This document shows, piece by piece, positions 48,886 through 60,158 of a stretch of DNA of 64,000 nt. The stretch covers positions 128,001 through 192,000 of the IMG/VR virus record IMGVR_UViG_3300028591_000078. One strand, given 5' to 3'. The notes under the pieces are model-generated. The model saw nothing but the letters and a program-made list of their open reading frames with translations, ran no database searches and had not been told where the DNA came from. The stretch comes from a virus. Its lineage: Duplodnaviria > Caudoviricetes. The position numbers were made by a program, and so were the translations under genes. Positions within the stretch are counted from its first letter, which is position 1. The number at the start of each line of letters is the position of its first letter.

Positions 48886-48920
48886 ATTTTCACCACCCTT
48901 CGTCATATATTTGATGTATA

Positions 48921-50294
48921 TTACAAATAATACTTCTCAACTGTATCTACTTCAAATACGAAGAGGTCTCCGTCATTCGTAGTGTAGTCTAACAGTCTGA
49001 TAGTATTATCATAGACAACGTAATTAATATCATCAAATAGGCGAAGGTTGTTCTGATATACTCTTAAAGTTGTAATACCAGGCAGATACTGAGGAATATA
49101 AAAAGGTATAACTCCTAAGTTAGCATCTACTCTAGTAGCATAAGAATGAGTTGTAATCTTATAATCACAATACAGCTTGACATTATAGGCATTCTGCTCA
49201 GCAGAATATACAAGACAGATATAATCACCCTTCTTATATAATCCTGTTGCTCTTGTGCCGTTTACATATACAATAGTTTCAGCTAATGTATTAAGTCTTA
49301 CTACAGCATTGTTATTAAGATTTCTTGTAAGTTTTACATTAATCTCAGTACCATCCTGAAGATTAATATCTGGTATGGTAAGTACTATAGTATCACCTGT
49401 ACCACTAGAAACAGTCTTATAAACCCCACGATAATTAGTAGCTATATCATCTATCTTATCATTGAGTTTATTATATACACCATTTACTGCAGCTGCTGTA
49501 GCAACTGTACTAGCATCATCTATAAGATAACTAGAAGTTGTTGAAGCAAGTCTGTTAGTAGGTATAGAATATTTGGTAATATATCCACCCTCTATAACTG
49601 TCTGATATCTTTCAGAACCAGATATATTGGTAGAATTGAAAGTAAAATCAAATGTGACTACATCATTTACTCTAATATTGCTGGGATCTAAGAATACCAA
49701 CATTCCATCAGCAGAAATAGTATAGTCAGATTGTCTATTAAGTCTAATACCATTCAGATATACATCCATGATATTTCCACCAGCGAAATATTCATCAAAT
49801 GGGAATGGTATTAATACAGAACTAGTACCATCATAACCAATTTTGGTCAGAGCTACATAGTTTCCTAAACGATATGTATTTGCTATAAGAGCTTCTACAC
49901 TCTCACCAGAAGATGTATATACACAACTAGCAAGAGTTCTAGGAGCAAGCTTCATACCAGTGATCTGATTCTCCATAGTAAAAGGCACCATGGAATAAGA
50001 TCCATATAAAGCATCTGCTTCTTCATTAGTAAAGATTCTTCTGAAGCCAGTAGCTTCATATACATAGAATCTCTGAACTGGTTCAAGATAATAAACCTTT
50101 CCCAATACACGATCAGTTATATAATCGGGTACTAACTGAGCTTCTATTGAAAAGTTTACTTCTATACGTACACCATCAGCAATATCATAGAATGCTCTGG
50201 TGCTATCTGTACATGCTATATACTGACCAGGAACTATATTAGTTTCTGGTACAAGTCGCAAAAGAGTTTTGACAAGCGATAACTCAGACGCCAT
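48921..50294 (-). CDS. Tail/baseplate fibre-associated structural protein
   Basis: RBS GAGGAGG before MASEL; VYLNG.RL...DY repeats; ATAAAV fibre motif; late promoter 50327-50338. Confidence 0.6.
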   Translation of the reverse strand: MASELSLVKTLLRLVPETNIVPGQYIACTDSTRAFYDIADGVRIEVNFSIEAQLVPDYITDRVLGKVYYLEPVQRFYVYEATGFRRIFTNEEADALYGSYSMVPFTMENQITGMKLAPRTLASCVYTSSGESVEALIANTYRLGNYVALTKIGYDGTSSVLIPFPFDEYFAGGNIMDVYLNGIRLNRQSDYTISADGMLVFLDPSNIRVNDVVTFDFTFNSTNISGSERYQTVIEGGYITKYSIPTNRLASTTSSYLIDDASTVATAAAVNGVYNKLNDKIDDIATNYRGVYKTVSSGTGDTIVLTIPDINLQDGTEINVKLTRNLNNNAVVRLNTLAETIVYVNGTRATGLYKKGDYICLVYSAEQNAYNVKLYCDYKITTHSYATRVDANLGVIPFYIPQYLPGITTLRVYQNNLRLFDDINYVVYDNTIRLLDYTTNDGDLFVFEVDTVEKYYL

Positions 50295-50402
50295 TGTTAT
50301 TCCTCCTCTACATAATTCAAAGATATTAATATAATGTTTTCCCAAATCAAGCCAGTTGACGTTAGATAAGAAATCTGGATGGCATTATAGCCATCCAGAC
50401 TT

Positions 50403-51233
50403 TTATTCTGTACCGCTTTCAGAGTCATTAGACTCTTCAGTAGAATCAGATTTTGTAAGATCAACAACGTTCTGAGCAATACTCTTATGAGTAGAAACTT
50501 CATCCATAAGAACCATTACTGCCTGCTGAATTGTCATACCGTTCGCTAAGTAAACATTCGATGCAGGTAATGTAACAGAGTCAGGATTATATGCTGATCC
50601 AGAGTAATCATTATACCAGAATATAAAACGAACTACTTCATTTGTATTCAGAGCTAAACTCTGATCTACAGTAAGTGTGTCACCGCTTATACTATAAAGA
50701 GTCTCATCAATTAACTTGGAATCAATAAGAACTTCTACATAGTTTCCAGCAGCAAGGTAGTTCTGAAAAGGGAAAGGAATTGTAAACTGGGTCTGACCAT
50801 CACTAGTAGCAACAGTTCTACCAGTTCTTCTTCCAATCTTTGAGATACCTGCTAATTTATCTTCTACTGTATGTCCATCAGCTGTATATACACTAGAAGC
50901 TTTAGTGTGCAGAGGAACCCACTCGTCGTCTAAATACAACCAGCCAGTACCAGTATCTCTAGTTATATATAGCTTATCATTCAGTGGTGATATAAGATCT
51001 GTGCGATCCTCCTCACTGTCTACAAAAATAACGTCCGAAACTTTGTTTCGGACGCCATTCTTTGTATCGACATAGTAATCTTTGGTATCCGCACAGAAAA
51101 TCCATTGTCCTGGAGTTATATCCACATCATTGAGAGCACTCTTGTTACACTGAACAAAGTGCGTAACTACGGGAGCATTAGCTTTGGCAGTCTTTATACT
51201 CCGCATAAATTCTTCCAATGGACTCATATGCAA
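50403..51233 (-). CDS. Tail-associated structural protein (paralogous to the downstream gene)
   Basis: PGQ...C.D, ASSVYT.DG, IPFPF..Y.A.GN shared with the 48921 gene. Confidence 0.6.
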   Translation of the reverse strand: MHMSPLEEFMRSIKTAKANAPVVTHFVQCNKSALNDVDITPGQWIFCADTKDYYVDTKNGVRNKVSDVIFVDSEEDRTDLISPLNDKLYITRDTGTGWLYLDDEWVPLHTKASSVYTADGHTVEDKLAGISKIGRRTGRTVATSDGQTQFTIPFPFQNYLAAGNYVEVLIDSKLIDETLYSISGDTLTVDQSLALNTNEVVRFIFWYNDYSGSAYNPDSVTLPASNVYLANGMTIQQAVMVLMDEVSTHKSIAQNVVDLTKSDSTEESNDSESGTE

Positions 51234-51257
51234 GAACCTCCAGATTTAAAGATTAGG

Positions 51258-52547
51258 TCAATCTTCTACGATCTCCCATGACAGGAGGTCTACAACAGCT
51301 GCTGCAGAAGCAACCTGCGTATCTGTAGGTGTGCCTGTTGTGAGATCTGTATTGATAGAAGTCTTGGCTACATACTTGTCATCAGCAGCTGTAGCAACAC
51401 CATCAGCATATGCCTTAACAGCAGCCTCTGTAGCAAGGGTATTAGCAGTAGGTGTAGCAGCGATTGTAGCTCCGCCTATTGTCTTACCAGAATCAGCAAG
51501 ACCACCATCAGCACCTACAGTAGCGATATCGCCAGCTGTGAATGTTGTAAGTCTTGCAGCCTTGGTATCAGCATAAGCCTGAACAGCAGCCTCTGTAGCA
51601 AGAGTATTAGCATCAGTTGTAGCAGCAAGTGTAGCGCCACCAACAGCCTTGCCAGAATCCTGGATGTTGCCACCAGCAACGAAAGTAGCAATGTTACCAG
51701 CAACAGCAGCTGTAACCTTGTCTACCTTACCAGAAATGTCTACATAGAGACCTTCCTCACCCTCATTTGAGAGAGTCTGGATAGCATTACCAGTCTTAGC
51801 GGAGATACGTACATTAACCTGAATCTGAGTCTGACCGCTAACGTCTGTAACTGTTGTAACAGCTGTAGCAGTTGTCGAACCATAGTAGATATCGATAAGA
51901 GCAGATACAGGAATAGATACTGTAGTACCATTCTGCATTTCAAGTACGAGGTTCTGAGTAGCAGAATCATAGTGACCATCCTTAACGAAGTTGTCAAGCG
52001 GAATGTTAACTGTCTTCAGTACATTACCCTTAACGTCCTTAAGAGAGATCACACCTGTAGAACCATCATAAGCGATGTCTGTAGCGATCTTGTCAAGCTC
52101 AACCTGGAATGCTACCGTCTGGGCATCATCCTTGTATACCTTGAGCTTTCTAGCCTCGTTATCCCACTCTACGTTTGTTACATAGTCAGAGAAGTCGATG
52201 CCACCAACAGCATTATCGATAGCAGTATATACTGCACCAGATGTTACGAGGTTTGTAGAATTCTCTGTAACAGTAGTATCGATAGCAGGGATTACAACTC
52301 TCCATGCGGAGCCTGTCCAGGTCTTAGCTTCAGAAGTAGAAGCCTTGATGTAGATAACACCCTGAGCCTGGTTAGTTGCAGGGAAGTCTTCAACTACACG
52401 AACTGCTTCAGTGTAGTCCTGTGCACCACGATAGATCTTACCTGTGTTCTTGATGAAGTAAAGCGTCATCGGGTCCTTAGTCTCAAGACCAGCATACTTA
52501 GCCGCCGAGATATAGACCATCTTTAAAAGCTTAGATACATCAGCCAT
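51258..52547 (-). CDS. Tail fibre-like structural protein
   Basis: NLVTSGAVY; duplicated GNIAT...DSGK...TLATEAAV units. Confidence 0.6.
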   Translation of the reverse strand: MADVSKLLKMVYISAAKYAGLETKDPMTLYFIKNTGKIYRGAQDYTEAVRVVEDFPATNQAQGVIYIKASTSEAKTWTGSAWRVVIPAIDTTVTENSTNLVTSGAVYTAIDNAVGGIDFSDYVTNVEWDNEARKLKVYKDDAQTVAFQVELDKIATDIAYDGSTGVISLKDVKGNVLKTVNIPLDNFVKDGHYDSATQNLVLEMQNGTTVSIPVSALIDIYYGSTTATAVTTVTDVSGQTQIQVNVRISAKTGNAIQTLSNEGEEGLYVDISGKVDKVTAAVAGNIATFVAGGNIQDSGKAVGGATLAATTDANTLATEAAVQAYADTKAARLTTFTAGDIATVGADGGLADSGKTIGGATIAATPTANTLATEAAVKAYADGVATAADDKYVAKTSINTDLTTGTPTDTQVASAAAVVDLLSWEIVED

Positions 52548-52592
52548 AATATTTTTCATCCTTTCTGTAAAATTGGTTTAAAATTTATTATC

Positions 52593-53516
52593 TCAAGACT
52601 CACTGGAATCAAGGGAATCCTCAGGGGTGAGCCAAGAAATCAAAGTATTAACCTCGTCTTTAGTATATACCTTAGGAGATATAGCATCAACGAGGGCATT
52701 GGTATAAGAATCCTGATTATACTTAGTTTTCTTAACCAACCAGGACTGACCATAATTATATGTTTCGAATTCAAATACATAAGTGCTACCAGAATCAACA
52801 CTAGCATCACTCTTGTATTCAAATACTACGTTAGGCTGGAACTCTAATACTAAAGGATATGCACTAGTATCAAGTCTCCATTTAAAAGCAAAATACTGGC
52901 TACCACATACAGGGGGATATACCTGAACAGTCATGCTACTAGCAAGACCAGAGGTTCTCTGTATCTGTTTTCCAAGTAACTGTAATATTCCCATATCTGG
53001 AGAAACATCATAAACAACTAGATCTTCTCCACCACCGCCTCCTCCACCAGAAGAGTAGGTTTTCCATGTAATAGTATCTCCAAGCTTTACAGGAACTGTA
53101 TTGTCTGCAGCATTAGAGAATCCTACTAACTGAATCTTCTTATCCTTGTTAGTTATAGACATAAAGTCTACATTATAACCAGTAACAAGTTCACCAGGTT
53201 CAGTTCCTAAATCTGTTATATTTATAAGGCTATGCATTATATGCTCTAATGCATCACCAATAAGAATAGTACCAAGATCTTGAACAAATACAGTACATTT
53301 GTCTATTGACATTCCTTCTTTTGTAATTGCTTCTTTGATCTTGGAAGTAATATCATAAACATTTTCGCCGTTCTTTATATAGATACGACCATTGTTATAA
53401 TCGCACAATAATTCTCGTTCTTTTGCCAGCTGAATTCGCTCATAAGGTAATGGCGAGACCGCTATTCTGACATTAGAATTCGTAACATCATTGTTCACGA
53501 AACATCCTCCTTCCAA
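52593..53516 (-). CDS. Virion structural protein
   Basis: Poly-Gly linker; late promoter 53531-53542. Confidence 0.55.
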   Translation of the reverse strand: MEGGCFVNNDVTNSNVRIAVSPLPYERIQLAKERELLCDYNNGRIYIKNGENVYDITSKIKEAITKEGMSIDKCTVFVQDLGTILIGDALEHIMHSLINITDLGTEPGELVTGYNVDFMSITNKDKKIQLVGFSNAADNTVPVKLGDTITWKTYSSGGGGGGGEDLVVYDVSPDMGILQLLGKQIQRTSGLASSMTVQVYPPVCGSQYFAFKWRLDTSAYPLVLEFQPNVVFEYKSDASVDSGSTYVFEFETYNYGQSWLVKKTKYNQDSYTNALVDAISPKVYTKDEVNTLISWLTPEDSLDSSES

Positions 53517-53584
53517 TAGAGTAAGTTCATTATATTAATGTTGCAAGACTGAACCGATGGGTTTTACACCCATCGGTAAGCCTT

Positions 53585-56500
53585 TTAGTTATTCATCAAA
53601 CCATTATCATCAGGAATATTAGCTCTTCTATCATTGTCAAGAACTGTAGAGATATATACTCCATCCTTATCAAAGTAATCCTTATCTTCATACTTATACA
53701 AGAACGGATCTGCATCTACAGACTCCTGATCCATATAGAAGTCAAGAATAACTCCATTATAGATCATTTCAGGTTCAATGTCATAGATCATCTCTTCTTC
53801 TGTATCACTAATACCATTATAAGTACCATGCATAGCATTGATATGATCTAAGTCTGCTCCTAAAGTACTGATCATGAAGAGATCATGCTCAGATTTATAC
53901 TGACTAACATCAATCGGCCAGTCTTCAGGATTAGCAATTCTTACTACATTAAGATTCTGGAGAGACTGTACATCTTTGGTTACTTTCATAAGAGAAGAAG
54001 ATATTCTCATCAGATCACTCTGAAGAACCTTCTTACCATTAATCCATACCAATACAGTCTGAGGAGATATTCCTATAGGAGCTTCATGTCTTCTGATACG
54101 AATATATCCATTACCGAATACTCCTAAATCATTTCCTCTATATCTGAAATAGAATACTATTACATAGGGGAGTATGTTAAACATACTACTCAGCTTAAAT
54201 CTAAGCGAGAGTCTAAGGTTAGAAGGCTTTCTAAAGGACTCTTCTACCATTCTATGGAATAGATCTATAATATACTTAGGTTCTTCACCGAACCATTCAT
54301 CTACAGAATCATGAAGCTGCTTCTTTATAAGAGGAGATCTCTCATAAAGTACAACGTCATCAAGTTCAGCATTATATCTAGATCTAGTAATCTGATAAAT
54401 ATGCTCGATCCAGTCATCAATTCTGTTATTGACAGCTATATATATAAACATCTCTGGCAGATGTTCTCTAAGAGACCACTCTGTAAGATTAGGTTCCATA
54501 TAAGCATCATCTACCATCTTATGAAGTATATCAAGTATTCTTGTAGGTTGGCCTTCAAAGTCCTCTTCTACCCACTGATGAGCCTTTTCTATAAGACCAG
54601 GATCAGTTGTATAGTAGATCTTATCAATACCACGCTCAGAATCATCCCAACGCTCAAATACTTGCTCTTCATATACAAAGTATCTATCAACCCTACCGAT
54701 AAACATATTAAGTTTATCTATAAGATCTCTATATACTACTTGGTCTTCCATAGGATCCAGGAACATTTCAGGCAATCCTTTTCTCAAAGACCATTCGATC
54801 TGAGAAGGAGTCTCAAATGCATTATCTACCATCTTATGGAAGAGTGTTAATATAGAATCAGATTCGTATTCAAAGCACTCATTTACTAAAGCATGAGCTC
54901 TAGCCAGTACTTCAGGATCTGTTGTATAGTAAATATCATCTACTCCAAGCTCTGTATCATCCCAAGACTTATATGCACAGTGCTCGAAGTCCATGATTTC
55001 ATCGATAGCTTCCATAAATATAGGAAGTTTATCTGATACTCTTATATAATCAAACTGGTCTGCAAGATTCTTTCTAAGAGCCCACTCTATTAAAGCAGGA
55101 CCATTGTAAGCATCATCAACCATTCTATGGAATAGTCTAAGTATACCAGCTCTTTCATTACCGAAGAACTCATTTACGAGATTATGAGCACTCTCTATTA
55201 CATCTATATCATCAGTATAATAGAACTCATCTGCTGCTACAATCTCATTAGAGTCTATATTTCTGAATGCATCTGTTGTAGCACTCATCATATTCTTTAT
55301 TCTAGACATAAACTCATCAAACTTGAACTGGAATGCAAGCTCGATTCTAGAATATCCAAGGAAAGTAACGGTTTTATTTGTGTAGTCTACTTCCATATTC
55401 TTGATCGGAGCACCATATTCATTAGTTATATCAACAGAGTTCTTGTCTTTAAAAAAGTCATCATAGGGCACAGGTATCTTATACTGCATTACATTAGGAT
55501 ATGTATATACTCTTCTTACAAGGTTGTATGTAGGTTTGAGCATATCCATCTTAATGCCTTCAGGCAGATAGAATACATCTACATAATCCCCAGCTTCATA
55601 TTCAAGCTCAAGATATATAGTAGTACCATGTACAGGAGAATCAGGTGTAGGTCTTACTATGCCAAAGCCAGGATTCATTTTCCTACCATTTACAAATACC
55701 ATATAATTAGCATGCTCATAGTAATACTTAAAAGTACCACCAAGATAGATTCTATTACTGGTATTGCTCATGGTATATCTAGCATATTCGAAGTGATTCT
55801 TAGTTACAATGGTTACAGTCTTACCATGGTAATATTCATCCTCAACTTTAAGCTTATCACCTTCTACTGTAAAGGGTATTGAATAGTATGCATATCCAGA
55901 ATCCTTAACAGTATATCTATTATTATCATGATCATCTGAGAGTATGGTGATATTAGCAGCAGGTAAAGTAGACTCTACATAAGGTATATATCCATTCTCA
56001 TCAATCGGAATATTCTCAAGAACTGTATTCAAGATATTCTTATAGAATATAAACTCGAATACATCATCATCTTCAATGAATTGAGGATATGCCTTAAAGT
56101 AGAACTGATGAAGTTTATATCTTACTGTATCAGATCTATTATAAAGAAGACCATTCTTGAAGATCATTACACTATTATCCATAGGTCTAGCAGTATATCT
56201 AACCATATGTACATAGTGCTGATCATCAATCATATCTTTAATCTCTTTACCAGACTTTACTACTATATCAGCAATAGTCTCAGGATCCTGCTCTAAGAGC
56301 TGGGAATTATATCTAGAGATATAATCAGTAGACTCTACCATATTAGTATAGTCAGACTTCTCAGGATCTCTATCAAAGTCAAACTCTTTGTTGAATACTT
56401 CAGGAAGTCTTCTAGCCTTATTGAGCTCTTTAGTAGCATAGTCCTGAAGATATTCTGTATTATCTCCAAGATGATATACATTATCATGCTTCCATTCTAC

Positions 56501-57259
56501 ACAATTAGCATAGAATATCTTGTAAGTAGCTACATACTGTATAACTCCAAAGCCCATAGTAATGATATTCAGAGGATTTACATGGAGAGTATAATCATGA
56601 TAGAGTAATCCATCTTTGAATATGAGGAAGTTTTCAGGCTTAAGCTTATGCTCAATCGGAACAGGCATAGTCTGATTAATAAGATCTTCATTAGTATCTA
56701 CAGAGAGAAACTGTATATCGCTATACGGATTCATATATACTACGATATCACCAGAGATATCAAGGTTTCCAAGCTCATTGAATCTAAATATCTCTACATA
56801 CTTAGAGTCAACTGTCTCATTAGTCTCTGTATACTTTACATTGAAAGGTAACTGGAGTATATCAGGATAATATACTACATCTCTGATGTAATCTCTACCA
56901 GTTATACACATAAAAGTAGCTCTTCCATCAAACTTGATCTTGATGTCAGACCACTTTACCATTCTACCATTCAGCCATAAGATAAAAGGCTGAATAACTT
57001 TAAGCCTGACGAGGGTAGGAACACTACCCTCGACAGGTCTATTCATATACTTAGGAGTGAGTAAGAATCTGATTCTATCAGTCTCGAAGACAAGTTCATG
57101 GAACTTATTCTTCATTCTCTTACCATTGAAATGATAATCGAATACTCTAGTTATATTCTCAGTAGAGAAATAGGGGATAGAACCATCCTGAACATCTCTA
57201 TTTCTAGAGGCAGTCTCTGATTCCAACCATCCTATTCTCTGACTAGGATTTAAACTCAT
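53585..57259 (-). CDS. Large virion structural protein with four internal ~90-aa helical repeats
   Basis: F.NG.. beta repeats typical of jumbo-phage structural proteins; insert repeats DD.YYT.D...H.MV..A...EW.LR..L. Confidence 0.65.
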   Translation of the reverse strand: MSLNPSQRIGWLESETASRNRDVQDGSIPYFSTENITRVFDYHFNGKRMKNKFHELVFETDRIRFLLTPKYMNRPVEGSVPTLVRLKVIQPFILWLNGRMVKWSDIKIKFDGRATFMCITGRDYIRDVVYYPDILQLPFNVKYTETNETVDSKYVEIFRFNELGNLDISGDIVVYMNPYSDIQFLSVDTNEDLINQTMPVPIEHKLKPENFLIFKDGLLYHDYTLHVNPLNIITMGFGVIQYVATYKIFYANCVEWKHDNVYHLGDNTEYLQDYATKELNKARRLPEVFNKEFDFDRDPEKSDYTNMVESTDYISRYNSQLLEQDPETIADIVVKSGKEIKDMIDDQHYVHMVRYTARPMDNSVMIFKNGLLYNRSDTVRYKLHQFYFKAYPQFIEDDDVFEFIFYKNILNTVLENIPIDENGYIPYVESTLPAANITILSDDHDNNRYTVKDSGYAYYSIPFTVEGDKLKVEDEYYHGKTVTIVTKNHFEYARYTMSNTSNRIYLGGTFKYYYEHANYMVFVNGRKMNPGFGIVRPTPDSPVHGTTIYLELEYEAGDYVDVFYLPEGIKMDMLKPTYNLVRRVYTYPNVMQYKIPVPYDDFFKDKNSVDITNEYGAPIKNMEVDYTNKTVTFLGYSRIELAFQFKFDEFMSRIKNMMSATTDAFRNIDSNEIVAADEFYYTDDIDVIESAHNLVNEFFGNERAGILRLFHRMVDDAYNGPALIEWALRKNLADQFDYIRVSDKLPIFMEAIDEIMDFEHCAYKSWDDTELGVDDIYYTTDPEVLARAHALVNECFEYESDSILTLFHKMVDNAFETPSQIEWSLRKGLPEMFLDPMEDQVVYRDLIDKLNMFIGRVDRYFVYEEQVFERWDDSERGIDKIYYTTDPGLIEKAHQWVEEDFEGQPTRILDILHKMVDDAYMEPNLTEWSLREHLPEMFIYIAVNNRIDDWIEHIYQITRSRYNAELDDVVLYERSPLIKKQLHDSVDEWFGEEPKYIIDLFHRMVEESFRKPSNLRLSLRFKLSSMFNILPYVIVFYFRYRGNDLGVFGNGYIRIRRHEAPIGISPQTVLVWINGKKVLQSDLMRISSSLMKVTKDVQSLQNLNVVRIANPEDWPIDVSQYKSEHDLFMISTLGADLDHINAMHGTYNGISDTEEEMIYDIEPEMIYNGVILDFYMDQESVDADPFLYKYEDKDYFDKDGVYISTVLDNDRRANIPDDNGLMNN

Positions 57260-58185
57260 ACTGAGCGACCCCCTATTTCGAGAATTGCCTTGGTAAATGC
57301 AACCATTTCACCTCCGCAAACCTTCTCGATAGTCTTCTGATTGTTGAGATAAGATCCTACATATGCATCAGTAAGCATCTGAGCAAATGAGGGGAAGAGT
57401 TCAAGAGCAAATACTGTAGAAACTCCGAAGAGATACATCCACTTTTCAAGTATCATATCTATAGTAAGAGTTCCTACCTTAAGTACATCTGAAAGGCTCT
57501 CTACGAAGAACTTGATATTTGTGTAAGTATTTTCATTACACATCATATTTATAATCTCTTCTTCTCTTTCAGATATACCAGCTATCTTTCTAGCAACCTG
57601 ACAAGTTCTTTCAGACTTAGCATCCTTTTCGAGTATGCATACCATATAATACATAGCACACATATACATAGCTCTAGCCTTAAGTCCAGGTATCGTAGAT
57701 ATCTTATGGATATATTCTAATACATGGCAGAAGAGCTTTCCGAAAGCCATAGCACCGGTATCACTGATAGTATAATTATTAGTGATTCTAGTAGGATCAA
57801 GATAGTATATAGTAGAAGTCATAGCAGAAACAATATATGATATCAGTACATCAGGATGATCACATACCCATACACCATTAGAATCATATACTACTCCTGA
57901 TACATCTATAAAAGTTCTGATCTTCTTATCAGTTTTTATATCCTTACAAGTTACTACTTTGAACTGCTGGGATATAGACTGACCTGTACAGAGTACTACA
58001 TTCTTAGACTTCAGAACCTGTACAAGAGAAGATGAAATCTGTCTCTTCTTTACGTCTATAAAGACGTCTTCAAACTCCTTAGAGTTTACATCTATTCTTT
58101 CAGACCTCATAATGAAGTCCATAAGCTGCTTTTCATACTTAGGATATTTATTGTATAAAAAGGTATTGGCAAATGATTTAGCCAC
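57256..58185 (-). CDS. Probable virion protein
   Basis: RBS AAGGAGG, GTG start, late promoter 58213-58224, ATGA-coupled to the structural gene. Confidence 0.6.
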   Translation of the reverse strand: MAKSFANTFLYNKYPKYEKQLMDFIMRSERIDVNSKEFEDVFIDVKKRQISSSLVQVLKSKNVVLCTGQSISQQFKVVTCKDIKTDKKIRTFIDVSGVVYDSNGVWVCDHPDVLISYIVSAMTSTIYYLDPTRITNNYTISDTGAMAFGKLFCHVLEYIHKISTIPGLKARAMYMCAMYYMVCILEKDAKSERTCQVARKIAGISEREEEIINMMCNENTYTNIKFFVESLSDVLKVGTLTIDMILEKWMYLFGVSTVFALELFPSFAQMLTDAYVGSYLNNQKTIEKVCGGEMVAFTKAILEIGGRSV

Positions 58186-58314
58186 GATATTTCCCTCCTT
58201 TAGGAATTAGATTACTTATATGTTTCGAGATGTAAAAGTAACCATTTTGACTGATATATTATAGTATTGAATAGAGGTCAAACGGATCTCTAAAGTGTAA
58301 AGGAGGATCATATT

Positions 58315-59388
58315 ATGATTTACATGTGCAAAAAATGTGGGAACCTCATATTCGATAATGAGATTCCTGAACAGAAAGGTTTTCATGAGGTGAAAGAGGT
58401 ATCATCCTGCTGCTCTGTCTATTCATGTAACTCTAATGAAATGATAGAGTTTGATGGCATCGAAAATGTCCCGCAGGCTCTTCCTATGTTGCTCGCGATA
58501 GGGAAATCTAAACAGTTTCATCAGATGGCAATCTATGCGATGAAGACAATCCTCAAAACAAAGTGCATCTCATTACATGTTGAGATGAACTATAATGAGG
58601 ATAAGGCTTCATATATTTATAAATATATGAAGTTAGCCATCGAAAAATTAAAAGCTATGCCTCATATATCTATCAAAGATTTCGGCTTTGAGAAAGATAC
58701 AACGTATGATAGCAAGGGTAATGTACGTTGTATAACATCGTTTGATGCTTGTGTAAATGAGTCATATCAGAGCACAGCTGAAACATGGGCCGTGATAAAC
58801 TCTCTTGTAGAAAAGAGTTTGGAATTTCTTACCATTGTTATCCTTAGCTGCATAGAGATAGATAATAGCGATGACGTAGAAAAGGAATATGAAAAGCAGG
58901 AGAAAGACCTGCTTATATTGTTCCATGAGGAAACTCCTGAGAAGGAAAAGGCCAAGGAAGAAGTCGAAGAAAAGGTAGAAGAACCTGAACCTGAGTCTAC
59001 TGTAGAGTCATGGAATCCTTTCGATGATCCTACTCCTAAGAAGGAAGAAGCTAAGGAAGAAGAGGCTGAACCTGAATCTGCTGAAGAGGAATGGAATCCT
59101 TTCATCGATAAAGAAGTCAAAGAACCGGAGCCTGCTCCTAAAAAGAAAAGAGCTAGCAGAGATGAGATATATGCTGCTCTTGATAAAGGATATACGAAGG
59201 AGCAGATAATGGAGGAGTTCAAGGTCAGCACAAAAACCTATAACAGGAGGAAAGAGGAATGGCTGGCCAAGAAGAAGGACAATATAAATGATGTGCCTGA
59301 AGCCAAAACATCTAAGGTTATACCTGAAATGGTTAAACCTAAAACTTCAGGCTACGAATGGAAGAAATTCAAACGGGAGGAAGACTAA
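58315..59388 (+). CDS. Early protein with N-terminal Cys cluster and C-terminal HTH
   Basis: CKKC...CC; IYAALDKG...IMEEFKVS..T..RR; early promoter 58253-58269. Confidence 0.65.
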   Translation: MIYMCKKCGNLIFDNEIPEQKGFHEVKEVSSCCSVYSCNSNEMIEFDGIENVPQALPMLLAIGKSKQFHQMAIYAMKTILKTKCISLHVEMNYNEDKASYIYKYMKLAIEKLKAMPHISIKDFGFEKDTTYDSKGNVRCITSFDACVNESYQSTAETWAVINSLVEKSLEFLTIVILSCIEIDNSDDVEKEYEKQEKDLLILFHEETPEKEKAKEEVEEKVEEPEPESTVESWNPFDDPTPKKEEAKEEEAEPESAEEEWNPFIDKEVKEPEPAPKKKRASRDEIYAALDKGYTKEQIMEEFKVSTKTYNRRKEEWLAKKKDNINDVPEAKTSKVIPEMVKPKTSGYEWKKFKREED

Positions 59389-59390
59389 GG

Positions 59391-60116
59391 ATGATTAAAA
59401 TCAATATCGATGTATCAGAAGATATGGTCTTGAGAAAGATAATAGGAGAATCGATTCACAAATCCCTGGTAGGGTCTCCGGCTTACATTAATAATGAAAT
59501 ACTTCTTAATGTAGATGCCAGCCCAAATAATATCATTCTCATCGTTGGTAAAGATAATGAGAATGATACTGAACTTAACGTTAAGTTCAGATCAATATCT
59601 AAGATAACTGAGGTAAACGAGGATACGTCAAAAGACTACAAGTTCAGCAATTTTAGTAATAAAAATGAGGTTTTGCTGAATTCTATCTTTTCATCTATCA
59701 CTGATGGCTTGCTCTCAGCACAAAATAAACGTGTGTTATCGACTTCTGATAAACCTCTGTGTTCTGGATGCTTTGAAGACAAGAATTCAGTGTGGGTTCA
59801 GAAATTCGTAATAGTATTCGATAAAGATCTTGAAGCAGCTATAGATAGACTGCTGATTGAATTCGGTACCAAAAATATATTATCTGAAAAATCTACAAGT
59901 GCATTTGAGTATGCACAGATGTCTGTAGATACGGGATATGCAAAGATAAAAGATGATGGTAACACTATCTATATCTTCGTTGTTTCTAAACCTAAGAAGA
60001 TGATTGGTGGGGATTTAGAGTTTTTGCAGAAAATACTCTACTCAACGATACATCGAATAATATCATCGTTACCTGATAAGTTCTTCAATGATCATTACTC
60101 AGACTATTATGAGTAA
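59391..60116 (+). CDS. Hypothetical protein
   Basis: RBS GGGAGG before MIKIN. Confidence 0.65.
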   Translation: MIKINIDVSEDMVLRKIIGESIHKSLVGSPAYINNEILLNVDASPNNIILIVGKDNENDTELNVKFRSISKITEVNEDTSKDYKFSNFSNKNEVLLNSIFSSITDGLLSAQNKRVLSTSDKPLCSGCFEDKNSVWVQKFVIVFDKDLEAAIDRLLIEFGTKNILSEKSTSAFEYAQMSVDTGYAKIKDDGNTIYIFVVSKPKKMIGGDLEFLQKILYSTIHRIISSLPDKFFNDHYSDYYE

Positions 60117-60158
60117 TAAAAAATTAAAGGGTGGCTTAGCGCCGCCCTTATTTTTTTA

